Source of the DNA: Dehalococcoidia bacterium
Lineage (GTDB): Bacteria; Chloroflexota; Dehalococcoidia; Lucifugimonadales; UBA3495
Reading direction: 5' to 3'
Length of the DNA: 40,000 nucleotides
NCBI GenBank assembly: GCA_965204715.1
Contig: OZ242009.1
Location: 1,720,013-1,760,012 of the forward strand
Positions 9,501 through 17,460 of the stretch are shown piece after piece. Each line of letters starts with the position of its first letter. Within the stretch, counting starts at the first letter, position 1. The position numbers were made by a program, and so were the translations under genes. Below the pieces are notes generated by a model. The model did not search any database. It was given only the letters and a program-made list of their open reading frames with translations, and had not been told where the DNA came from.

Positions 9501-12500
9501 GTTCTCCGGGTCGTGGTAGGAATGCTTGGCCACAGTTTCCCGGCTATTCTCCGGGTAAGTGATGGGCGTGTCGGAGGCGCTCCTGGGACCACCTGATATC
9601 ACCGGCGGTCCGTTTGCCCCGGCAACAGTGATGGTCACCGTGATTGTGTCGTCCGTTGCCGTGTCGGCATTGCCACTGGAGTCCTTGCTGTCCATGACTG
9701 ACACGGTGACGGTATAAGTGTCCTTGGTCTCCTCGTCCAGCGCGGCCCTGGTCTGCAACTGGCCGGACGTTGCCACGATGGCAAAGGAGGCGGCATCCGT
9801 CCCGCCAAGCGAATAAGTCAAAGTGTCGCGCTCCGGGTCCGTGGCCGCAACCGGAGCGCCGATGTTCTGGCCCGCCGCTGCGGCTTCGGAGACTCTGCGG
9901 GCAGCCTGGTCCCCGTCATCGAACTCCGGCGGTTCGTTCACGTCGGTTACGGTGACTGTCACGTTCAAGGTCCCCTTTGCTGTCCCATCCGAGGCTTCAA
10001 CCGTTACCAGGTAGACGTTGTTGGTGTCCTTGTCCGTCGCGGCCTCGTAGTTTGGCGCAGGGTCAAAGGTCAGCGTACCTCCGGTGATGGAGAAGTCCCC
10101 TGCATCGTCGCCGGACAGCGTCCAGGTGAAGGACGTGGTCCCGTCCTGGTCGGTGGCGGTGTAGGTTTCCACCGTCCTGCCGTCGTTCTCCGGGTGGTTG
10201 ACGCTGGTATCTCCCGACACCACCGGCGCATCATTCGCGTCGGTGACGGTGATGGTCACAGTGATGGTGTCGTCCGTTGCCGTGTCAGCAACGCCACTGG
10301 AGTCCTTGCTGTCCCTGACCGACACGGTGACGGTATAAGTATCCTCGGTCTCCTTGTCCAGAGCGGCCCTGGTCTGCAACTGGCCGGACGTTGCATCAAT
10401 GGCAAAGGACGCGGCATCCGTCCCGCCAAGCGAATAAGTCAAAGTGTCGCGCTCCGGGTCCGTGGCCGCAACTAGAGCGCCGATGTTCTGGCCCGCCGCT
10501 GCGGCTTCGGAGACTCTGCGGGCAGTCTGGTCCCCGTCATCGAACTCCGGCGGTTCGTTCACGTCGGTTACGGTTATGGTCACAGTGATGGTATCGGAAT
10601 CGAGCGATGGGTCGGCAGCTTTTACCGTTACCGTGTAAGAATTCTTGACCTCATAATCCAGATCAGCTTTTGTCTGCAACTGGCCCGACGCTGTCACGAT
10701 GGCAAAGGAGGCGGCATCCGTACCGCCCAGGGTGTAGGTCAGCGTGTCGGTATCGCTGTCAGTAGCCGTGACGGGCTGGCCTATGTTCTGGCCTGTCCCC
10801 GTGTTCTCGGCGATGCTTCGCTGGGCCGTGTCAGTGGAGAATTCGGGACCCTCGTTGCTCGTTGGCTCTTCCTCCACCATGTTCGTAGTCGTCGCTGTGG
10901 CGGTCTTGCCGGAGCCGTGTCCATCGGTGTAAGTGGCCGTAACCCGCAGGTATTTGCCCACGTCGTCGTCAAGGGGCACATAGGTCCCCGTCGTAGCCTC
11001 GCTGATACTATTCCAGGAGTTCTTGTCGGAAGAAATCTCCCATTGCCAACTCTGAATCGACACGACAATGTCGTCGTCGGTCAACGTGGCTACCAGCCCG
11101 GTGCCCACCTGGGGCTGTATGGAGGAGAAGGTAATCTCCCCATCCTCATCCACGTCGGTGACGGTGACAGTCACGTCCCGGGTTCCCTTTGCTGTCCCGT
11201 CGGAAGCTTCAACCGTTACCAGGTAGACGTTGTTGGTGTCCTTGTCCGCCGCGTCCTCGTAGTTTGGCGCAGGGTCAAAGGTCAGCGCACCTCCGGTGAT
11301 GGAGAAGTCCCCTGCATCGTCGCCGGACAGCGTCCAGGTGAAGGACGTGGTCCCGTCCTGGTCGGTGGCGGTGTAGGTTGTCACCGTACCGCTGTCGTTC
11401 TCCGGGTGGTTGACGGTGGTATCTCCCGACACCACCGGCGCGTCATTCGCGTCGGTGACGGTGATGGTCACAGTGATGGTGTCGTCCGTTGCCGTGTCAG
11501 CAACGCCACTGGAGTCCTTGCTGTCCCTGACTGCCACGGTGACGGTATAAGTGTCCTCGGTCTCCTTGTCCAGAACGGCCTTGGTCTGCAACTGGCCGGA
11601 CGTTGCAACAATGTCAAAGGACGCGGCATCCGTCCCGCCGAGCGTGTAAGTTAGAGTCGCGCCGGCATCCGGGTCCGTGGCCGCAACCGGAGCGCCGATG
11701 TCCTGGCCCGCCGCTGCGGCTTCGGAGACTCTGCGGGTAGTCGGGTCCCCGTCATCGAACTCCGGCGGTTCGTTAACATCGGCCACGGTGATGGTCACAG
11801 TGATTGTGTCGTCCGTTGCCGTGTCGGCATTGCCACTGGAGTCCTTGCTGTCCCTGACTGACACGGTGACGGTATAAGTGTCCTTGGTCTCCTTGTCCAG
11901 CGCGGCCTTGGTCTTCAACTGCCCTGTGGACGTGTCGATGTCGAAAGAGTTGGCGTCGGCCCCTCCCAGCGCATAGACCAGGGTATCCCCGGTGTCCGGG
12001 TCTGTGGCCGCAACCGGAGCGCCGATGTTCTGGCCTGCCGCGGTATTCTCGGCGATGCTGCGGGTGGCGTCCTCCCCTTCGTCGAAAGCCGGCGGTTCGT
12101 TTACGTTGGTGAGGTTGATGGTCACCGGCTTGGTGGCGGTGCCGCCGTTGCTGTCATCGACCTTGACCGTAACCGAGTAGCTGGACTTGGCCTCGTAGTT
12201 ATAGGTCACGTCTGCCTTAGTTTGTATCTGGCCGGTGCCAGTAACAATCTTGAAGGAATCCTTGTCTGTCCCCTCCAGGGTGTAAGTCAATCTAGCGCCA
12301 GTGTCAGTATCCGTGGCCGTGACCGGGCTGCCGATGTCGGTATCGGCCGGTGAGTTTTCTGGGACGCTAAAGGTCAGCGTCCCGGCAGCGAAAGTCGGCG
12401 CGTCATTCGCGTCTGTCACGGTGATGGTGACGGTGATGGTAGCGTCGGCGTCTTCATTCGCGTCAGCAGTACCGTCATCGGCCCTGCCGTCCTTAACCGA

Positions 12501-15500
12501 AACAGTAACCTCATAGCTGTCCTTGGTCTCCTTGTCCAGCGCGGCCTTGGTCTTCAATTGACCGGTTGACGTGTCGATGTCAAAGACCAATGCCCCGGCG
12601 GTATCCAAGGAATAGGTCAGAGTATCGCCATTGTCCTGGTCGGTGGCCTCAACAAGGGCGCCAAAATCAGTATTGGTCGCGGTGTTCTCCGAAACCTCAC
12701 GGGTAGCGGTCTCGGCGTCGAAAGCCGGCTTGTCATTCGCGTCTGTCACGGTGATTGTGACGTCGATGGTGCCGGTGCCGCCTTTCTTGTCGTCCGCCTT
12801 CACCGTTACCGAGTAGCTGGTCTTGGTTCCCTCGTAATCATAGGTAACACCGGACTTTGTCTGTATCTGGCCGCTGGTGGAAACGATCTGGAAGGAGTCC
12901 TTATCCGTGCCTTCGAGGGTGTAGGTCAGGGTGTCGCTGTCAGCATCAGAGGCCGTGACCGGGCTGCCGATGTTCACACCCCCACCCGTGTTCTCTGCAA
13001 CTTGACGGTCCGCATTGGTTGCACCGAAGTCGGGCGCTCGGTTAGTTCCTGACCGGACCGCCTGGGTCGTTGTGGCCTGGGCGGTCTTGCCCGGACCTTG
13101 AGGGTCGGTGTATGTCACGGTGGCCCGCAGGGAATACCCCATTTCCGCATCGGAGGGGGAGTAGGAGTCGGAGTCAGTCCCGATGTTGGTCCAGGTGGCG
13201 CCGTCATTTGACTTGGCCCACTGCCAAGCCTTCCCGGTAGCGCTGCCGTCCGGATCGGTCAAGGTGGCGGTGATTTGGGCGCGGGCCGGGGGCTGGTTGG
13301 TGGAGAGGGTGACAGTCCCCGGCTCGTCCACATTGGTTAAGGTGATGGTCACCGGCTTGGTGGCGGTGCCTCCGTTGCTGTCATCGGCCTTGACCGTAAC
13401 CGAGTAGCTGGACTTGGCCTCGTAGTCATAAGTCTGCCCGGCCTTGGTCTTGATCTGGCCACTGGAACTGTCGATGTCAAAGGAATCTTTGTCTGTGCCC
13501 TCCAGGGAGTAAGTCAAAGTGTCATCGTCCGGGTCGTCGGCCGTAACCACATCACCGATATCTTGGCCCGCCTCCGTGTTTTCCGGGAAGCTGCGGGTCT
13601 CTGACTCAGTAGAGAACGTAGGCGGGTCGTTGGCATCGGTAACGGTGATGGTGACGGTGATGGTAGCGTCGGCGTCTTCATTCGCGTCAGCAGTACCGTC
13701 ATCGGCCTTGCCGTCCTTAACCGAAACAGTAACCTCATAGCTGGACTTGGTCTCCTTGTCCAGCGCGGACTTGGTCTTCAACTGCCCCGTGGATGTGTCT
13801 ATGCCGAAATCGGATGCGTCTGTCCCCCCAAGCGTGTAGGTCAACGTGGCTCCGGCGTCCGGGTCCGTGGCCGCAACCGGAGGGCCGATGTTGGTATTGG
13901 CCGCGGTATTCTCGGCGATGGACCGTGTTGCGGTGTTGGAGCCGAAAGCCGGCGGTTCGTTTACGTTGGTGAGGTTGATGGTCACCGGCTTGGTGGCGGT
14001 GCCGCCGTTGCTGTCATCGGCCTTGACCGTAACCGAGTAGCTGGACTTGGCCTCGTAGTTATAGGTCACGCCTGCCTTAGTTTGTATCTGGCCGGTGCCA
14101 GTAACAATCTTGAAGGAATCCTTGTCTGTCCCCTCCAGGGTGTAAGTCAATCTAGCGCCAGTGTCAGTATCCGTGGCCGTGACCGGGCTGCCGATGTCGG
14201 TATCGGCCGGTGAGTTTTCTGGGACGCTAAAGGTCAGCGTCCCGGCAGCGAAAGTCGGCGCGTCATTCGCGTCTGTCACGGTGATGGTGACGTCGATGGT
14301 ATCGGTGCCGCCGTTCTTGTCGTCCGCCTTCACCGTTACCGAGTAGCTCGGGTCGGTCTCATAGTCATAGGTCGCGCCAGTCTTTGTTTGTATCTGGCCG
14401 CTGGTGGAAACTATCTCGAATGAACCCGCGTCCGTTCCTTCAAGGGTATAGGTCAGGGTGTGGTTGTCGTCATCCGTGGCCGTAACTGGAGCGCCGACGC
14501 TGTGACCTACAGGCGCATCTTCAGCGAACTCACGGGTGGTAGTAGCCCCGCCGAACTCCGGCGCGCGGTTCGACCCTGCGCCGACCGCCTGCGTTGTTGT
14601 GGCCTGAGCGGTCTTGTTCGAGCCGTGGCCATCGGTGTATGTCGCCGTGGCCCGCAGGGAATACCCTATGTCTCCGTCCACCGGGGTGTAGGAGCCTGAG
14701 TCCGTCCCCACATCGTGCCAGGTGTTCCCGTCATTGGACCTCTGCCACTGCCAGGTGGTGCCGGAGATGCTGCCGTCGGGGTCGGCCAGGGTGGCGGTGA
14801 TTTGGGCGCGGGCCTTGGGCTGGCTGGGCGAAAGAGTGACTGTCCCCGCCTCGTCCAGGTTGGTCAAGGAGATGGTTACGTTTTGGGTGGCATCTACCAC
14901 CGCGTCCACATTACCGTCGGCGTCTTTGCTATCGCGGACCGACACAGTTACTGAGTAACTGGACTTGACCTCGTAGTCATAAGTCTGCCCCGTCTTGGTC
15001 TGGATCTGGCCGCTGGCACCGACAATGGTGAAGGAACCTGCATCCGTCCCGCCAAGGCTATAGGTCAGGGTGTCGCCGGTGTCCGCGTCAGTGGCGGACA
15101 CCGGGATGCCGACGTTGTGGACTCCGGTGGTGTTCTCAGGGAAGGAACGTGCCCCGGTCTCGGTGGACGGGAACTCGGGCTCGCTGTTGATAGGACCTTC
15201 GATGTTGATGGTTACCGTGATCCTGTCATCCACATCATCGATGTCGTAGTCGCCGTTGTCGTCCTTGCCGTCGGCGACCAATACCGTCACCGTGTAGCTG
15301 GACCTGTTCGTGTCCAGCGCCCCGCTGACAGACAACTGTCCAGTGTACTCGCTGATGGCGAATGGCAGGGTGGCGGCGTCCGGCAGGCTGTAGGTCAGAG
15401 AGGCGTCTTGATCCGGGTCGGTGGCTGTAACCGGGCCGCCGACTGGGTCGTTCAGTTCGGCGTCGTGCTCGACCTTGCGGGTAGCCGTCCCCCCCTCATC

Positions 15501-17195
15501 GAACTCCGGCGGTTCGTTCACGTCCGTGACCGTGACCCTGACGAACTCCGTTTTCGAGTCGTCCGCGGTATCGGCGCTGATGGTCAACAGGTAGGCGTTT
15601 TCCCCGGCGGTGTCCGCCGGGTTCTCGTAGTCCGGCGGACTTTTGAAGGTCAATACCCCGCTGGAACTGAGGCTGAATTCACCGGCGTCTCTGCCTGACA
15701 GGTGCCAGGTGTGCGACGCGGTCGTGCCCTTCAGGGTGTAGGCAGCCACGGCATCTGTGCTGTTCTCCGGGTATCTGACTGAGGTTGGACCTTCAATCTC
15801 CAGTGGTTCAACCGTTGAGTCCTCAACGATAACGGTAACAGTGAAGAAGGTTTGGCCGGACCTTCCCCTATTGGGGGGATTGGTGTCATAGGCATGTAGA
15901 TGGAAAGAGTACCTATTGTCCTCGTCCTCGTCGGCCGGGTTCTCGTAGTCCGGGGGTTGCGTGAATGTAAGGTTGCCATCGTCGTCGATGTCGAAGAAGT
16001 CCCCGTCGCCGCCGCCGGGCTCAACGCCGATTATCCACCCGATATCCTGATTAACAGCACGTCCGTTGATGCTGGCGGAGTAGGTGGCCAGAGCCCAGGT
16101 GCCGTTTTCGGTGTACCTGATGAAATCGGGACCCTTCACAACGGGAGTATCGTCCGAGCCGGAGGGCGTTAAAGTAACAGTAATGCTGTCGGAGCCATCC
16201 GAAGGGTCCTTGGCAGTTATAGTGATGGAGTAGCTGCCCTTGTCATTAAAGGCATGGGCCTTGGTGGTGAACAGCGTGCCGCTCACCGGGTCGATACGGA
16301 ACAGCTCTTTATCCGTACCACCCAGGGAATAGCGTATCTCGTCACCGTCAGGGTCGGTAGCTCTTACCGGATAATATACGTCCTCGCCGGCCGGGGTGTT
16401 CCTGGGGATGTGCCGGCAGACCTTATCCGTCGGCACCGGATTGCCCGGGCAGTTGTATCCGGTCCCGGAAGACACATTGCGGAACGCTGGCGCCTGGTTA
16501 TTTCCCGGCGCCGCCCGCGCTTGGCTGGCAGATACCGCATTCGCGCTCTTGCCGGACCCCTTCCCGTCGTCGTAGGACGCCGTGACCTTCAGGTAATTGC
16601 CCACATCGCCTGCAGCGGGGGTGTATGTGGCCGTGTTCGCTCCATTCCCGCTGAGGCTGGCGTAGTTGCCGTGTTGTGAACTGGAAGAGGCCCATTGCCA
16701 GGTCGTGCCGGAAATGCTGCCGTCTGGGTCGGTCAGAGTGGCGGTTATAGCTGTACCTGCCTGGGGCCGGGTCCACGACATGGACACGCTCCCCGCCTCC
16801 TCCACGTTGTTGACGTTGATGGTAACGGTGATGGTGTCCGTTGCGCCTTCCGGGTCGGTGACAATTACTTTGACCGTGTAGGAGCTCTTGGCCTCGTAGT
16901 CCAAGGGTTGGCCCACCCGCAACTGGCCGGTGGCCCTGACGACGGTGAACGGTGAGGTTTGCGCATTCTCTATGGTGTAGACCAGCCTGTCGCCGTTGGC
17001 GTCGGTGGCCGTCACGGGAGCGCCGATGTTGTCAAACGAGGACGTGTTCTCGTCCACGCTACGGGTGGTGCTCTCCCCGTCGGTGAACACCGGCGCGTTG
17101 TTCGCCTGGGCGGAAACGGGGAGGATCGCGTAAAGGGCAATAGAGACGATGACGGATAGAACGGCAACCGCCGCGAAGAACATTCCACGACTCAT
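6564..17195 (-). CDS. Giant membrane-anchored cadherin-repeat surface protein / adhesin (~3,543 aa from ATG 17195; ORF opens at GTG 17216)
   Basis: - **Start:** the ATG at 17195 is preceded by GAGGTGG.
- **N-terminus:** signal/anchor 'MSRGMFFAAVAVLSVIVSIALYAILPVSAQA'.
- **Repeats:** by hand parse, about 29 tandem ~100-aa beta-sandwich modules follow.
- **Cadherin-like type:** ~18 modules ('ENT..G..IG.PV.ATD.D.GD.LTY.L.G.DA.SF.I...SGQ..T...LDYE....Y.V.V...D......D.I.V.I.V.DVNEPP').
- **Second cadherin-like type:** 5 modules ('F.W.LSG.DAGDFSI...G.LTF...P.YE...D.D.NN.Y.V.V.A.DG').
- **Third type:** 6 modules ('..TATL.DPDGS....WQW...........Y.P...D.G..LR....YTD.HGS.K.A').
- **C-terminal part:** an FN3 module (~7815-8095, 'GYNVQYRAGTGGSW...ATYQVQVRAYNSEGSGPWS'), two further Ig-like/unknown modules, a Pro-rich stalk, a TM helix 'GILLYILAPIILIIALLLIMFGV' (6600-6668) and a short basic tail. 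Confidence 0.9.
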   Translation of the reverse strand: MSRGMFFAAVAVLSVIVSIALYAILPVSAQANNAPVFTDGESTTRSVDENTSSFDNIGAPVTATDANGDRLVYTIENAQTSPFTVVRATGQLRVGQPLDYEAKSSYTVKVIVTDPEGATDTITVTINVNNVEEAGSVSMSWTRPQAGTAITATLTDPDGSISGTTWQWASSSSQHGNYASLSGNGANTATYTPAAGDVGNYLKVTASYDDGKGSGKSANAVSASQARAAPGNNQAPAFRNVSSGTGYNCPGNPVPTDKVCRHIPRNTPAGEDVYYPVRATDPDGDEIRYSLGGTDKELFRIDPVSGTLFTTKAHAFNDKGSYSITITAKDPSDGSDSITVTLTPSGSDDTPVVKGPDFIRYTENGTWALATYSASINGRAVNQDIGWIIGVEPGGGDGDFFDIDDDGNLTFTQPPDYENPADEDEDNRYSFHLHAYDTNPPNRGRSGQTFFTVTVIVEDSTVEPLEIEGPTSVRYPENSTDAVAAYTLKGTTASHTWHLSGRDAGEFSLSSSGVLTFKSPPDYENPADTAGENAYLLTISADTADDSKTEFVRVTVTDVNEPPEFDEGGTATRKVEHDAELNDPVGGPVTATDPDQDASLTYSLPDAATLPFAISEYTGQLSVSGALDTNRSSYTVTVLVADGKDDNGDYDIDDVDDRITVTINIEGPINSEPEFPSTETGARSFPENTTGVHNVGIPVSATDADTGDTLTYSLGGTDAGSFTIVGASGQIQTKTGQTYDYEVKSSYSVTVSVRDSKDADGNVDAVVDATQNVTISLTNLDEAGTVTLSPSQPKARAQITATLADPDGSISGTTWQWQRSNDGNTWHDVGTDSGSYTPVDGDIGYSLRATATYTDGHGSNKTAQATTTQAVGAGSNRAPEFGGATTTREFAEDAPVGHSVGAPVTATDDDNHTLTYTLEGTDAGSFEIVSTSGQIQTKTGATYDYETDPSYSVTVKADDKNGGTDTIDVTITVTDANDAPTFAAGTLTFSVPENSPADTDIGSPVTATDTDTGARLTYTLEGTDKDSFKIVTGTGQIQTKAGVTYNYEAKSSYSVTVKADDSNGGTATKPVTINLTNVNEPPAFGSNTATRSIAENTAANTNIGPPVAATDPDAGATLTYTLGGTDASDFGIDTSTGQLKTKSALDKETKSSYEVTVSVKDGKADDGTADANEDADATITVTITVTDANDPPTFSTESETRSFPENTEAGQDIGDVVTADDPDDDTLTYSLEGTDKDSFDIDSSSGQIKTKAGQTYDYEAKSSYSVTVKADDSNGGTATKPVTITLTNVDEPGTVTLSTNQPPARAQITATLTDPDGSATGKAWQWAKSNDGATWTNIGTDSDSYSPSDAEMGYSLRATVTYTDPQGPGKTAQATTTQAVRSGTNRAPDFGATNADRQVAENTGGGVNIGSPVTASDADSDTLTYTLEGTDKDSFQIVSTSGQIQTKSGVTYDYEGTKTSYSVTVKADDKKGGTGTIDVTITVTDANDKPAFDAETATREVSENTATNTDFGALVEATDQDNGDTLTYSLDTAGALVFDIDTSTGQLKTKAALDKETKDSYEVTVSVKDGRADDGTADANEDADATITVTITVTDANDAPTFAAGTLTFSVPENSPADTDIGSPVTATDTDTGARLTYTLEGTDKDSFKIVTGTGQIQTKADVTYNYEAKSSYSVTVKVDDSNGGTATKPVTINLTNVNEPPAFDEGEDATRSIAENTAAGQNIGAPVAATDPDTGDTLVYALGGADANSFDIDTSTGQLKTKAALDKETKDTYTVTVSVRDSKDSSGNADTATDDTITVTITVADVNEPPEFDDGDPTTRRVSEAAAAGQDIGAPVAATDPDAGATLTYTLGGTDAASFDIVATSGQLQTKAVLDKETEDTYTVTVAVRDSKDSSGVADTATDDTITVTITVTDANDAPVVSGDTTVNHPENDSGTVTTYTATDQDGTTSFTWTLSGDDAGDFSITGGALTFDPAPNYEDAADKDTNNVYLVTVEASDGTAKGTRDVTVTVTDVDEDGEITFSSIQPQVGTGLVATLTDDDIVVSIQSWQWEISSDKNSWNSISEATTGTYVPLDDDVGKYLRVTATYTDGHGSGKTATATTTNMVEEEPTSNEGPEFSTDTAQRSIAENTGTGQNIGQPVTATDSDTDTLTYTLGGTDAASFAIVTASGQLQTKADLDYEVKNSYTVTVKAADPSLDSDTITVTITVTDVNEPPEFDDGDQTARRVSEAAAAGQNIGALVAATDPERDTLTYSLGGTDAASFAIDATSGQLQTRAALDKETEDTYTVTVSVRDSKDSSGVADTATDDTITVTITVTDANDAPVVSGDTSVNHPENDGRTVETYTATDQDGTTSFTWTLSGDDAGDFSITGGTLTFDPAPNYEAATDKDTNNVYLVTVEASDGTAKGTLNVTVTVTDVNEPPEFDDGDQAARRVSEAAAAGQNIGAPVAATDPERDTLTYSLGGTDAASFAIVATSGQLQTRAALDEETKDTYTVTVSVMDSKDSSGNADTATDDTITVTITVAGANGPPVISGGPRSASDTPITYPENSRETVAKHSYHDPENDSVTWLLSGTDSGDFSISSAGDLTFRSAPDYESPADSNKNNEYRVTVNANDGNGGSDSTHVAVKVTNVEETGTVTLSPTQALVGTQLTATLADPDGSLTSFTWSWEISSGKSSWNSISGATSASYTPVAGDLGKHLRAKVSYTDGHGSGKTAYSAPTGAVRMSNRPPAFPGSGGGEPKTRTVAENTPAGRNIGTPVAATDPDTSAGDSLTYTLGGTDAGFFAIVATSGQLQTRAALDYETRNSYGVTVTVTDLSNASDSTTVTIQVADVDEAGTVTLSSAWPRAGAALTASLSDPDAPVTAMSWQWAWSNSRNSSYNNISGATSAAYTPVAGDVGKHLRTTVAYTDRHGSGKRAQTVSDNPVIQARVNAAPNFGPGPAARSIPENTPAGRSIGVPVTASDPDTGDSLTYTLGGTDAASFAIVATSGQLRTRAALDYETRNSYTVTVTATDQFDARDTIIVNITVTNVEPPGKPGTPAVAAASVGGHNNLSVTWAAPAGAGTAIGGYNVQYRAGTGGSWTSIPGSVSGTAATVSGLVPGATYQVQVRAYNSEGSGPWSDPGQGSTAARQQRNILRSAAGGGVMSPACTPSIGFRTGIPWSFTAARGGEDPPGLLLEVWNRDLCGMNFRVSSGAKWLSISPASGRSEGAHDQTLIRVSADISGLDTGTHTAAIRITAPGSSNSPQTVSVSLTITEPALPESSHCQEHTVIESSDGALRVVIPPNSAPCDTGITVESLDADSQQTPVGEGVRVVGKVVRAGQVSAASADTRINAALWALLPGDRVSACEEAAVVAAVYRVDGDSWDSLTHRCEMDEQGRAWTVSPLPGFGVYVVTLPAPSVESGAVGEVQLQTPEAAEADTSPATPSPETMASNGPASSINAAESQPTPAPKPEVVQVEVQPTPAPGPDVVHADDSPAGLWADLPPEELALPVMETGQSPPRRLGSLGILLYILAPIILIIALLLIMFGVRNLRGAESASP
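9940..10600. repeat. Intragenic direct repeat B, copy 1 (~660 bp, high but imperfect identity to copy 2)
   Basis: This copy aligns with 11152-11812 at an offset of 1,212 bp (404 codons). One example is CGGGTGGTTG at 10191 versus 11403. Long identical runs extend through 'GGTGATGGAGAAGTCCCCTGCATCGTCGCCGGACAGCGTCCAGGTGAAGGACGTGGTCCCGTCCTGGTCGGTGGCGGTGTAGGT'. A third related stretch, 9640-9957, matches 10261-10578 at an offset of 621 bp. Confidence 0.8.
11152..11812. repeat. Intragenic direct repeat B, copy 2
   Basis: See copy 1 (9940-10600). Confidence 0.8.
12083..12432. repeat. Intragenic direct repeat A, copy 1 (350 bp, 2 mismatches versus copy 2)
   Basis: A line-by-line comparison with 13943-14292 (offset 1,860 bp, in frame) shows mismatches only at 12160 and 12211. 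The repeat encodes the near-identical module 'APTFAAGTLTFSVPENSPADTDIGSPVTATDTDTGARLTYTLEGTDKDSFKIVTGTGQIQTK...'. Confidence 0.9.
13943..14292. repeat. Intragenic direct repeat A, copy 2
   Basis: See copy 1 (12083-12432). The sequences diverge abruptly after 12432/14292. Confidence 0.9.
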
Positions 17196-17432
17196 GGGAC
17201 ACCACCTCACTGCCACCCCACGTCAAGGTCCCAGATGAATCAGTTAACCGACAGGCACTTCATCGCGGCGACGACGCCGGGGCCGGTCCCGGCCATGCCA
17301 GGTCAGACCTCCCCCTGCACACCTGAACTGATAGCCCGGATTCACGTCAAGGCGCCCTGGCAGGCTGCCTTGGGGCCAAGCCCGCGCCACCTCCAGCCAG
17401 AGTAATCCAGAAGTTACAAGGGTAATTTTGAC

Positions 17433-17460
17433 GTTATAGCATAAGATGATACAGATTCAA
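17433..17460 (-). promoter_or_regulatory. Candidate sigma70-type promoter upstream of the giant surface-protein gene
   Basis: On the minus strand the sequence reads TTGAAT (17460-17455), a 16-nt spacer, then TATAAC (17438-17433). It sits in the only AT-rich patch of the 5' region, about 240 nt upstream of the start codon and at the truncated end of the IS701-like remnant. Confidence 0.3.

Noticed and set aside
8000-16900. Periodic repeated DNA that could superficially suggest a CRISPR or tandem-repeat array.
   Set aside because: The period is ~300 bp or multiples of it, there is no short repeat/spacer structure, and the whole region is one open reading frame. The repeats encode protein domains.
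6632-17159. Dozens of 60-265-aa ORFs on both strands within the adhesin gene, for example 7192-7860, 7789-8586, 7794-8531, 10917-11654 and 15117-15698.
   Set aside because: All overlap the 10.6-kb ORF, whose translation shows coherent repeated domain architecture. The alternatives are low-complexity (R/G/P/V-rich) and repeat only because the underlying DNA repeats.
17196-17216. The GTG at 17216 as the adhesin start ('MAVRWCPMSRG...').
   Set aside because: The ATG at 17195 has a GAGGTGG Shine-Dalgarno sequence 5 nt upstream and yields a standard signal-peptide N-terminus (MSRGMFF...). The GTG would place the SD inside the coding sequence. It is kept only as an alternative.
17219-17352. A 10-bp direct repeat, CACGTCAAGG (17219-17228 and 17343-17352), in the adhesin 5' leader.
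   Set aside because: It is too short to distinguish from chance without genome-wide statistics, and no associated regulator or symmetry was seen.
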